NCBI GenBank assembly: GCA_964057225.1
Contig: OZ059899.1
Span: 1,054,001-1,118,000, forward strand
Source of the DNA: Auanema rhodensis
Lineage: Eukaryota > Animalia > Nematoda
DNA length: 64,000 nucleotides
Direction of reading: 5' to 3'
Both the position numbers and the translations under genes were made by a program. The stretch's first letter is position 1; every line of letters begins with the position of its first letter. The notes under the pieces were generated by a model, which was not told the origin of the DNA, searched no databases, and worked only from the letters and a program-made list of their open reading frames with translations. Below, piece by piece: positions 1-11,600 of the stretch.

Positions 1-124
1 TTTTTTCGAAAAATTTCAAGATAATTTAGCGAAAAGTAGATGTTTTTAGATTCCGTTTTTCAAGGCAAAGACGATGGACAATGTTATTCAACGAAAAAAT
101 TAATTCTTCAGGGTGAAAATCGAG

Positions 125-146
125 GATATAAGTGTGAACTTATATC
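125..146. other. Perfect 9-bp inverted repeat with 4-nt loop (GATATAAGT-gtga-ACTTATATC), in most monomers
   Basis: 125-133 is the exact reverse complement of 138-146. Confidence 0.95.
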
Positions 147-153
147 AGTTGAT

Positions 154-225
154 ATCTCGGTGCATTTTCAAGCTAGCGCAAATCTGATAACACAGATCGA
201 CGCAGCTCAAAAATCCGCATCGAAT
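154..225. other. Long imperfect inverted repeat centred near 189.5
   Basis: ATCTG(182-186)/CAGAT(193-197), GCG(176-178)/CGC(201-203), ATTTTYAAGCT(164-174)/AGCTYAAAAAT(204-214), TCGGTGC(157-163)/GCATCGA(217-223). Confidence 0.9.
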
Positions 226-297
226 GCACTATACTACATTGAGAAACGCTTATTACAAAAATTAGTTATGTTCGTTTGAAAAATGATGCATTAGTGT

Positions 298-325
298 ATG
301 TTGAGTTTCCATGTACACTCAACAT
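298..325. other. Perfect 9-bp inverted repeat with 10-nt loop (ATGTTGAGT-ttccatgtac-ACTCAACAT)
   Basis: 298-306 is the exact reverse complement of 317-325. Confidence 0.95.
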
Positions 326-339
326 TGCTTCCAAAAACA

Positions 340-372
340 TTTTGACAAAAATTTTTTCGAAAAATTTCAAAA
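340..372. other. Cluster of A/T-tract palindromes around TTTTTCGAAAAA
   Basis: TTTTTCGAAAAA (353-364) and AAAAATTTTT (347-356) are perfect palindromes. TTTTG-a-CAAAA spans 340-350. The outer TTTTGA(340-345) pairs with TCAAAA(367-372). Confidence 0.9.
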
Positions 373-1755
373 TAATTTAGCGAAAAGTAGATGTTTTGAA
401 ATTCCGTTTTTCAAGGCAAAGACGATGGACAATGTTATTCATCGAAAAAATTAATTCTTCAGGGTGAAAATCGAGGATATAAGTGTGAACTTATATCAGT
501 TGATATCTCGGTGCATTTTTAAGCTAGCGCAAATCTGATAACACAGATCGACGCAGCTCAAAAATTCGCATTGAATGCACTATACTACATTGAGAAACGC
601 TCAATACAAAAATTAGTTATGATCGTTTGAAAAATGATGTATTAGTGTATGTTGAGTTTCCATGTACACTCAATATTGCTTCCAAAAACATTTTGACAAA
701 AATTTTTTCGAAAAATTTCAAAATAATTTAGCGAAAAGTAGATGTTTTTAGATTCCGTTTTTCAAGGCAAAGACGATGGACAATGTTATTCAACGAAAAA
801 AATAATTCTTCAGGGTGAAAATCGAGGATATAAGTGTGAACTTATATCAGTTGATATCTCGGTGCATTTTTAAGCTAGCGCAAATCTGATAACACAGATC
901 GACGCAGCTTAAAAATCCGCATCGAATGCACTAAACTACATTGAGAAACGCTTGATACAAAAATTAGTTATGATCGTTTGAAAAATGATGCATTAGTGTA
1001 TGTTGAGTTTCCATGTACACTCAACATTGCTTCCAAAAACATTTTGACAAAAATTTTTTCGAAAAATTTCAAGATAATTTAGCGAAAAGTAGATGTTTTT
1101 AGATTCCGTTTTTCAAGGCAAAGACGATGGACAATGTTATTCAACGAAAAAATTAATTCTTCAGGGTGAAAATCGAGGATATAAGTGTGAACTTATATCA
1201 GTTGATATCTCGGTGCATTTTCAAGCTAGCGCAAATCTGATAACACAGATCGACGCAGCTCAAAAATCCGCATCGAATGCACTATATTACATTAAGAAAC
1301 GCTTAATACAAAAATTAGTTATGTTCGTTTGAAAAATGATGCATTAGTGTATGTTGAGTTTCCATGTACACTCAACATTGCTTCCAAAAACATTTTGACA
1401 AAAATTTTTTCGAAAAATTTCAAAATAATTTAGCGAAAAGTAGATGTTTTTAGATTCCGTTTTTCAAGGCAAAGACGATGGACAATGTTATTCATCGAAA
1501 AAATTAATTCTTCAGGGTGAAAATCGAGGATATAAGTGTGAACTTATATCAGTTGATATCTCGGTGCTTTTTTCAGCTAGCGCAAATCTGATAACACAGA
1601 TCGACGCAGCTCAAAAATCCGCATCGAATGCACTATACTACATTGAGAAACGCTTAATACAAAAATTAGTTATGATTGTTTGAAAAATGATGCATTAGTG
1701 TATGTTGAGTTTCCATGTACACTCAACATTGCTTCCAAAAACATTTTGACAAAAA

Positions 1756-4700
1756 TTTTTTCGAAAAATTTCAAGATAATTTAGCGAAAAGTAGATGTTT
1801 TTAGATTCCGTTTTTCAAGGCAAAGACGATGGACAATGTTATTCAACGAAAAAATTAATTCTTCAGGGTGAAAATCGAGGATATAAGTGTGAACTTATAT
1901 CAGTTGATATCTCGGTGCATTTTCAAGCTAGCGCAAATCTGATAACACAGATCGACGCAGCTCAAAAATCCGCATCGAATGCACTATATTACATTAAGAA
2001 ACGCTTAATACAAAAATTAGTTATGTTCGTTTGAAAAATGATGCATTAGTGTATGTTGAGTTTCCATGTACACTCAACATTGCTTCCAAAAACATTTTGA
2101 CAAAAATTTTTTCGAAAAATTTCAAAATAATTTAGCGAAAAGTAGATGTTTTTAGATTCCGTTTTTCAAGGCAAAGACGATGGACAATGTTATTCATCGA
2201 AAAAATTAATTCTTCAGGGTGAAAATCGAGGATATAAGTGTGAACTTATATCAGTTGATATCTCGGTGCTTTTTTAAGCTAGCGCAAATCTGATAACACA
2301 GATCGACGCAGCTCAAAAATCCGCATCGAGTGCACTATACTACATTGAGAAACGCTTAATACAAAAATTAGTTATGATTGTTTGAAAAATGATGCATTAG
2401 TGTATGTTGAGTTTCGATGTACACTCAACATTGCTTCCAAAAACATTTTGACAAAAATTTTTTCGAAAAATTTCAAGATAATTTAGCGAAAAGTAGATGT
2501 TTTTAGATTCCGTTTTTCAAGGCAAAGACGATGGACAATGTTATTCAACGAAAAAATTAATTCTTCAGGGTGAAAATCGAGGATATAAGTGTGAACTTAT
2601 ATCAGTTGATATCTCGGTGCATTTTCAAGTTAGCGCAAATCTGATAACACAGATCGACGCAGCTCAAAAATCCGCATCGAATGCACTATACTACATTGAG
2701 AAACGCTCAATACAAAAATTAGTTATGATCGTTTGAAAAATGATGCATTAGTGTATGTTGAGTTTCCATGTACACTCAACATTGCTTCCAAAAACATTTT
2801 GACAAAAATTTTCTCGAAAAATTTCAAGATAATTTAGCGAAAAGTAGATGTTTTTAGATTCCGTTTTTCAAGGCAAAGACGATGGACAATGTTATTCAAC
2901 GAAAAAAATAATTCTTCAGGGTGAAAATCGAGGATATAAGTGTGAACTTATATCAGTTGATATCTCGGTGCATTTTTAAGCTAGCGCAAATCTGATAACA
3001 CAGATCGACGCAGCTCAAAAATCCGCATTGAATGCACTATACTACATTGAGAAACGCTTAATACAAAAATTAGTTATGATTGTTTGAAAAATGATGCATT
3101 AGTGTATGTTGAGTTTCCATGTACACTCAACATTGCTTCCAAAAACATTTTGACAAAAATTTTTTCGAAAAATTTCAAGATAATTTAGCGAAAAGTAGAT
3201 GTTTTTAGATTCCGTTTTTCAAGGCAAAGACGATGGACAATGTTATTCAACGAAAAAAATAATTCTTCAGGGTGAAAATCGAGGATATAAGTGTGAACTT
3301 ATATCAGTTGATATCTCGGTGCATTTTTAAGCTAGCGCAAATCTGATAACACAGATCGACGCAGCTCAAAAATCCGCATTGAATGCACTATACTACATTG
3401 AGAAACGCTTAATACAAAAATTAGTTATGATTGTTTGAAAAATGATGCATTAGTGTATGTTGAGTTTCCATGTACACTCAACATTGCTTCCAAAAACATT
3501 TTGACAAAAATTTTTTCGAAAAATTTCGAGATAATTTAGCGAAAAGTAGATGTTTTTAGATTCCGTTTTTCAAGGCAAAGACGATGGACAATGTTATTCA
3601 ACGAAAAAATTAATTCTTCAGGGTGAAAATCGAGGATATAAGTGTGAACTTATATCAGTTGATATCTCGGTGCATTTTCAAGCTAGCGCAAATCTGATAA
3701 CACAGATCGACGCAGCTCAAAAATCCGCATCGAATGCACTATATTACATTAAGAAACGCTTAATACAAAAATTAGTTATGTTCGTTTGAAAAATGATGCA
3801 TTAGTGTATGTTGAGTTTCCATGTACACTCAACATTGCTTCCAAAAACATTTTGACAAAAATTTTTTCGAAAAATTTCAAAATAATTTAGCGAAAAGTAG
3901 ATGTTTTTAGATTCCGTTTTTCAAGGCAAAGACGATGGACAATGTTATTCATCGAAAAAATTAATTCTTCAGGGTGAAAATCGAGGATATAAGTGTGAAC
4001 TTATATCAGTTGATATCTCGGTGCTTTTTTAAGCTAGCGCAAATCTGATAACACAGATCGACGCAGCTCAAAAATCCGCATCGAGTGCACTATACTACAT
4101 TGAGAAACGCTTAATACAAAAATTAGTTATGATTGTTTGAAAAATGATGCATTAGTGTATGTTGAGTTTCGATGTACACTCAACATTGCTTCCAAAAACA
4201 TTTTGACAAAAATTTTTTCGAAAAATTTCAAGATAATTTAGCGAAAAGTAGATGTTTTTAGATTCCGTTTTTCAAGCCAAAGACGATGGACAATGTTATT
4301 CAACGAAAAAATTAATTCTTCAGGGTGAAAATCGAGGATATAAGTGTGAACTTATATCAGTTGATATCTCGGTGCATTTTCAAGTTAGCGCAAATCTGAT
4401 AACACAGATCGACGCAGCTCAAAAATCCGCATCGAATGCACTATACTACATTGAGAAACGCTCAATACAAAAATTAGTTATGATCGTTTGAAAAATGATG
4501 CATTAGTGTATGTTGAGTTTCCATGTACACTCAACATTGCTTCCAAAAACATTTTGACAAAAATTTTCTCGAAAAATTTCAAGATAATTTAGCGAAAAGT
4601 AGATGTTTTTAGATTCCGTTTTTCAAGGCAAAGACGATGGACAATGTTATTCAACGAAAAAAATAATTCTTCAGGGTGAAAATCGAGGATATAAGTGTGA

Positions 4701-5265
4701 ACTTATATCAGTTGATATCTCGGTGCATTTTTAAGCTAGCGCAAATCTGATAACACAGATCGACGCAGCTCAAAAATCCGCATTGAATGCACTATACTAC
4801 ATTGAGAAACGCTTAATACAAAAATTAGTTATGATCGTTTGAAAAATGATGCATTAGTGTATGTTGAGTTTCCATGTACACTCAACATTGCTTCCAAAAA
4901 CAGTTTGACAAAAATTTTTTCGAAAAATTTCAAGATAATTTAGCGAAAAGTAGATGTTTTTAGATTCCGTTTTTCAAGGCAAAGACGATGGACAATGTTA
5001 TTCAACGAAAAAAATAATTCTTCAGGGTGAAAATCGAGGATATAAGTGTGAACTTATATCAGTTGATATCTCGGTGCATTTTTAAGCTAGCGCAAATCTG
5101 ATAACACAGATCGACGTAACTTAAAAATCCGCATCGAATGCACTATACTACATTGAGAAACGCTTAATACAAAAATTAGTTATGATCGTTTGAAAAATGA
5201 TGCATTAGTGTATGTTGAGTTTCCATGTACACTCAACATTGCTTCCAAAAACATTTTGACAAAAA
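1756..5265 (+). repeat. Local higher-order repeat, 5-monomer period (1755 bp), about 2 copies
   Basis: Private SNPs recur exactly 1755 bp apart: atcgaGtgca ~2330/4085, gtttcGatgt ~2416/4171, caagTtagc ~2630/4385, ttttCtcg ~2813/4568. Confidence 0.9.
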
Positions 5266-5616
5266 TTTTTTCGAAAAATTTCAAGATAATTTAGCGAAAA
5301 GTAGATGTTTTTAGATTCCGTTTTTCAAGGCAAAGACGATGGACAATGTTATTCAACGAAAAAATTAATTCTTCAGGGTGAAAATCGAGGATATAAGTGT
5401 GAACTTATATCAGTTGATATCTCGGTGCATTTTCAAGCTAGCGCAAATCTGATAACACAGATCGACGCAGCTCAAAAATCCGCATCGAATGCACTATACT
5501 ACATTGAGAAACGCTTAATACAAAAATTAGTTATGTTCGTTTGAAAAATGATGCATTAGTGTATGTTGAGTTTCCATGTACACTCAACATTGCTTCCAAA
5601 AACATTTTGACAAAAA

Positions 5617-8600
5617 TTTTTTCGAAAAATTTCAAAATAATTTAGCGAAAAGTAGATGTTTTTAAATTCCGTTTTTCAAGGCAAAGACGATGGACAATGT
5701 TATTCATCGAAAAAATTAATTCTTCAGGGTGAAAATCGAGGATATAAGTGTGAACTTATATCAGTTGATATCTCGGTGCATTTTTAAGCTAGCGCAAATC
5801 TGATAACACAGATCGACGCAGCTCAAAAATCCGCATTGAATGCACTATACTACATTGAGAAACGCTCAATACAAAAATTAGTTATGATCGTTTGAAAAAT
5901 GATGCATTAGTGTATGTTGAGTTTCCATGTACACTCAACATTGCTTCCAAAAACATTTTGACAAAAATTTTTTCGAAAAATTTCAAAATAATTTAGCAAA
6001 AAGTAGATGTTTTTAGATTCCATTTTTCAAGGCAAAGACGATAGACAATGTTATTCAACGAAAAAATTAATTCTTCAGGGTGAAAATCGAGGATATAAGT
6101 GTGAACTTATATCAGTTGATATCTCGGTGCATTTTTAAGCTAACGCAAATCTGATAACACAGATCGACGCAGCTTAAAAATCCGCATCGAATGCACTATA
6201 CTACATTGAGAAACGCTTAATACACAAATTAGTTATGATTGTTTGAAAAATGATGCATTAGTGTATGTTGAGTTTCCATGTACACTCAACATTGCTTCCA
6301 AAAACATTTTGACAAAAATTTTTTCGAAAAATTTCAAAATAATTTAGCAAAAAGTAAATGTTTTTAGATTCCGTTTTTTAAGGCAAAGACGATGGACAAT
6401 GTTATTCAACGAAAAAAATAATTCTTCAGGGTGAAAATCGAGGATATAAAGGTGAACTTATATCAGTTGATATCTCGGTGCATTTTCAAGCTAGCGCAAA
6501 TCTGATAACACAGATCGACGCAGCTCAAAACTCCGCATCGAATGCACTATACTACATTAAGAAACGCTTAATACAAAAATTAGTTATGATCGTTTGAAAA
6601 ATGATGCATTAGTGTATGTTGAGTTTCCATGTACACTCAACATTGCTTCCAAAAACATTTTGACAAAAATTTTTTCGAAAAATTTCAAAATAATTTAGCG
6701 AAAAGTAGATGTTTTTAGATTCCGTTTTTCAAGGCAAAGACGATGGACAATGTTATTCAACGAAAAAAATAATTCTTCAGGGTGAAAATCGAGGATATAA
6801 GTGTGAACTTATATCAGTTGATATCTCGGTGCATTTTTAAGCTAGCGCAAATCTGATAACACAGATCGACGTAGCTTAAAAATCCGCATCGAATGCACTA
6901 TACTACATTGAGAAACGCTAAATACAAAAATTAGTTATGATCGTTTGAAAAATGATGCATTAGTGTATGTTGAGTTTCCATGTACACTCAACATTGCTTC
7001 CAAAAACATTTTGACAAAAATTTTTTCGAAAAATTTCAAGATAATTCAGCGAAAAGTAGATGTTTTTAGCTTCCGTTTTTCAAGGCAAAGACGATGGACA
7101 ATGTTATTCAACGAAAAAATTAATTCTTCAGGGTGAAAATCGAGGATATAAGTGTGAACTTATATCAGTTGATATCTCGGTGCATTTTCAAACTAGCGCA
7201 AATCTGATAACACAGATCGACGCAGCTCAAAAATCCGCATCGAATGCACTATACTACATTGAGAAACGCTTAATACAAAAATTAGTTACGTTCGTTTGAA
7301 AAATGATGCATTAGTGTATGTTGAGTTTCCATGTACACTCAACATTGCTTCCAAAAACATTTTGACAAAAATTTTTTCGAAAAATTTCAAAATAATTTAG
7401 CGAAAAGTAGATGTTTTTAAATTCCGTTTTTCAAGGCAAAGACGATGGACAATGTTATTCATCGAAAAAATTAATTCTTCAGGGTGAAAATCGAGGATAT
7501 AAGTGTGAACTTATATCAGTTGATATCTCGGTGCATTTTTAAGCTAGCGCAAATCTGATAACACAGATCGACGCAGCTCAAAAATCCGCATTGAATGCAC
7601 TATACTACATTGAGAAACGCTCAATACAAAAATTAGTTATGATCGTTTGAAAAATGATGCATTAGTGTATGTTGAGTTTCCATGTACACTCAACATTGCT
7701 TCCAAAAACATTTTGACAAAAATTTTTTCGAAAAATTTCAAAATAATTTAGCAAAAAGTAGATGTTTTTAGATTTCATTTTTCAAGGCAAAGACGATAGA
7801 CAATGTTATTCAACGAAAAAATTAATTCTTCAGGGTGAAAATCGAGGATATAAGTGTGAACTTATATCAGTTGATATCTCGGTGCATTTTTAAGCTAGCG
7901 CAAATCTGATAACACAGATCGACGCAGCTCAAAAATCCGCATTGAATGCACTATACTACATTGAGAAACGCTCAATACAAAAATTAGTTATGATCGTTTG
8001 AAAAATGATGCATTAGTGTATGTTGAGTTTCCATGTACACTCAACATTGCTTCCAAAAACATTTTGACAAAAATTTTTTCGAAAAATTTCAAAATAATTT
8101 AGCAAAAAGTAGATGTTTTTAGATTCCATTTTTCAAGGCAAAGACGATAGACAATGTTATTCAACGAAAAAATTAATTCTTCAGGGTGAAAATCGAGGAT
8201 ATAAGTGTGAACTTATATCAGTTGATATCTCGGTGCATTTTTAAGCTAACGCAAATCTGATAACACAGATCGACGCAGCTTAAAAATCCGCATCGAATGC
8301 ACTATACTACATTGAGAAACGCTTAATACACAAATTAGTTATGATTGTTTGAAAAATGATGCATTAGTGTATGTTGAGTTTCCATGTACACTCAACATTG
8401 CTTCCAAAAACATTTTGACAAAAATTTTTTCGAAAAATTTCAAAATAATTTAGCAAAAAGTAAATGTTTTTAGATTCCGTTTTTTAAGGCAAAGACGATG
8501 GACAATGTTATTCAACGAAAAAAATAATTCTTCAGGGTGAAAATCGAGGATATAAAGGTGAACTTATATCAGTTGATATCTCGGTGCATTTTCAAGCTAG

Positions 8601-11600
8601 CGCAAATCTGATAACACAGATCGACGCAGCTCAAAACTCCGCATCGAATGCACTATACTACATTAAGAAACGCTTAATACAAAAATTAGTTATGATCGTT
8701 TGAAAAATGATGCATTAGTGTATGTTGAGTTTCCATGTACACTCAACATTGCTTCCAAAAACATTTTGACAAAAATTTTTTCGAAAAATTTCAAAATAAT
8801 TTAGCGAAAAGTAGATGTTTTTAGATTCCGTTTTTCAAGGCAAAGACGATGGACAATGTTATTCAACGAAAAAAATAATTCTTCAGGGTGAAAATCGAGG
8901 ATATAAGTGTGAACTTATATCAGTTGATATCTCGGTGCATTTTTAAGCTAGCGCAAATCTGATAACACAGATCGACGTAGCTTAAAAATCCGCATCGAAT
9001 GCACTATACTACATTGAGAAACGCTAAATACAAAAATTAGTTATGATCGTTTGAAAAATGATGCATTAGTGTATGTTGAGTTTCCATGTACACTCAACAT
9101 TGCTTCCAAAAACATTTTGACAAAAATTTTTTCGAAAAATTTCAAGATAATTCAGCGAAAAGTAGATGTTTTTAGCTTCCGTTTTTCAAGGCAAAGACGA
9201 TGGACAATGTTATTCAACGAAAAAATTAATTCTTCAGGGTGAAAATCGAGGATATAAGTGTGAACTTATATCAGTTGATATCTCGGTGCATTTTCAAACT
9301 AGCGCAAATCTGATAACACAGATCGACGCAGCTCAAAAATCCGCATCGAATGCACTATACTACATTGAGAAACGCTTAATACAAAAATTAGTTACGTTCG
9401 TTTGAAAAATGATGCATTAGTGTATGTTGAGTTTCCATGTACACTCAACATTGCTTCCAAAAACATTTTGACAAAAATTTTTTCGAAAAATTTCAAAATA
9501 ATTTAGCGAAAAGTAGATGTTTTTAAATTCCGTTTTTCAAGGCAAAGACGATGGACAATGTTATTCATCGAAAAAATTAATTCTTCAGGGTGAAAATCGA
9601 GGATATAAGTGTGAACTTATATCAGTTGATATCTCGGTGCATTTTTAAGCTAGCGCAAATCTGATAACACAGATCGACGCAGCTCAAAAATCCGCATTGA
9701 ATGCACTATACTACATTGAGAAACGCTCAATACAAAAATTAGTTATGATCGTTTGAAAAATGATGCATTAGTGTATGTTGAGTTTCCATGTACACTCAAC
9801 ATTGCTTCCAAAAACATTTTGACAAAAATTTTTTCGAAAAATTTCAAAATAATTTAGCAAAAAGTAGATGTTTTTAGATTTCATTTTTCAAGGCAAAGAC
9901 GATAGACAATGTTATTCAACGAAAAAATTAATTCTTCAGGGTGAAAATCGAGGATATAAGTGTGAACTTATATCAGTTGATATCTCGGTGCATTTTTAAG
10001 CTAACGCAAATCTGATAACACAGATCGACGCAGCTTAAAAATCCGCATCGAATGCACTATACTACATTGAGAAACGCTTAATACACAAATTAGATATGAT
10101 TGTTTGAAAAATGATGCATTAGTGTATGTTGAGTTTCCATGTACACTCAACATTGCTTCCAAAAACATTTTGACAAAAATTTTTTCGAAAAATTTCAAAA
10201 TAATTTAGCAAAAAGTAAATGTTTTTAGATTCCGTTTTTTAAGGCAAAGACGATGGACAATGTTATTCAACGAAAAAAATAATTCTTCAGGGTGAAAATC
10301 GAGGATATAAAGGTGAACTTATATCAGTTGATATCTCGGTGCATTTTTAAGCTAGCGCAAATCTGATAACACAGATCGACGCAGCTCAAAAATCCGCATC
10401 GAATGCACTATACTACATTGAGAAACGCTTAATACAAAAATTAGTTATGTTCGTTTGAAAAATGATGCATTAGTGTATGTTGAGTTTCCATGTACACTCA
10501 ACATTGCTTCCAAAAACATTTTGACAAAAATTTTTTCGAAAAATTTCAAAATAATTTAGCGAAAAGTAGATGTTTTTAAATTCCGTTTTTCAAGGCAAAG
10601 ACGATGGACAATGTTATTCATCGAAAAAATTAATTCTTCAGGGTGAAAATCGAGGATATAAGTGTGAACTTATATCAGTTGATATCTCGGTGCATTTTTA
10701 AGCTAGCGCAAATCTGATAACACAGATCGACGCAGCTCAAAAATCCGCATCGAATGCACTATACTACATTGAGAAACGCTTAATACAAAAATTAGTTACG
10801 TTCGTTTGAAAAATGATGCATTAGTGTATGTTGAGTTTCCATGTACACTCAACATTGCTTCCAAAAACATTTTGACAAAAATTTTTTCGAAAAATTTCAA
10901 AATAATTTAGCGAAAAGTAGATGTTTTTAAATTCCGTTTTTCAAGGCAAAGACGATGGACAATGTTATTCATCGAAAAAATTAATTCTTCAGGGTGAAAA
11001 TCGAGGATATAAGTGTGAACTTATATCAGTTGATATCTCGGTGCATTTTTAAGCTAGCGCAAATCTGATAACACAGATCGACGCAGCTCAAAAATCCGCA
11101 TTGAATGCACTATACTACATTGAGAAACGCTCAATACAAAAATTAGTTATGATCGTTTGAAAAATGATGCATTAGTGTATGTTGAGTTTCCATGTACACT
11201 CAACATTGCTTCCAAAAACATTTTGACAAAAATTTTTTCGAAAAATTTCAAAATAATTTAGCAAAAAGTAGATGTTTTTAGATTTCATTTTTCAAGGCAA
11301 AGACGATAGACAATGTTATTCAACGAAAAAATTAATTCTTCAGGGTGAAAATCGAGGATATAAGTGTGAACTTATATCAGTTGATATCTCGGTGCATTTT
11401 TAAGCTAACGCAAATCTGATAACACAGATCGACGCAGCTTAAAAATCCGCATCGAATGCACTATACTACATTGAGAAACGCTTAATACACAAATTAGTTA
11501 TGATTGTTTGAAAAATGATGCATTAGTGTATGTTGAGTTTCCATGTACACTCAACATTGCTTCCAAAAACATTTTGACAAAAATTTTTTCGAAAAATTTC

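Larger units (their letters stand above)
1..351 (+). repeat. Representative 351-bp monomer (arbitrary phase)
   Basis: ttttttcgaaaaatttcaa at 1 recurs at 352. Hand count gives 115 G+C in 351 (about 33%), many A/T tracts of 4-7 nt and 14 CpG. Confidence 0.98.

Noticed and set aside
40-279. 79-aa ORF (MFLDSVFQGK...) in 39 copies as a tandem gene family
   Set aside because: It is open in only about a fifth of monomers and broken by common TAA alleles. Most variants change amino acids, and I recognise no domain. It is best explained as a chance frame in a satellite. Ribo-seq or proteomics would be needed to revive it.
95-297. Direct internal repeat (95-135 versus 257-297, offset ~162)
   Set aside because: Similarity rests on A-tracts and the self-complementary AATTA core. 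The inverted relationship fits better, so this was not claimed.
1-351. Tandem 5S rRNA, tRNA, snRNA or spliced-leader RNA genes, or a satellite hammerhead ribozyme
   Set aside because: No recognisable conserved sequence of these RNAs. CTGATAA and GAAAC occur but do not form the CUGANGA...GAAA core with the required stems. An Rfam/Infernal scan would be the formal test.
1-351. Assignment to a named satellite of similar length (e.g. Drosophila 359-bp 1.688 or Tribolium ~350-360-bp satellites)
   Set aside because: Similar length and AT content are not homology. I do not recognise the sequence and cannot run a search.
6945-10198. 63-aa ORFs (6945, 9051) and 65-aa minus-strand ORF (10001)
   Set aside because: Each exists only because one private SNP removes a stop (attCagc, tagAtatg).
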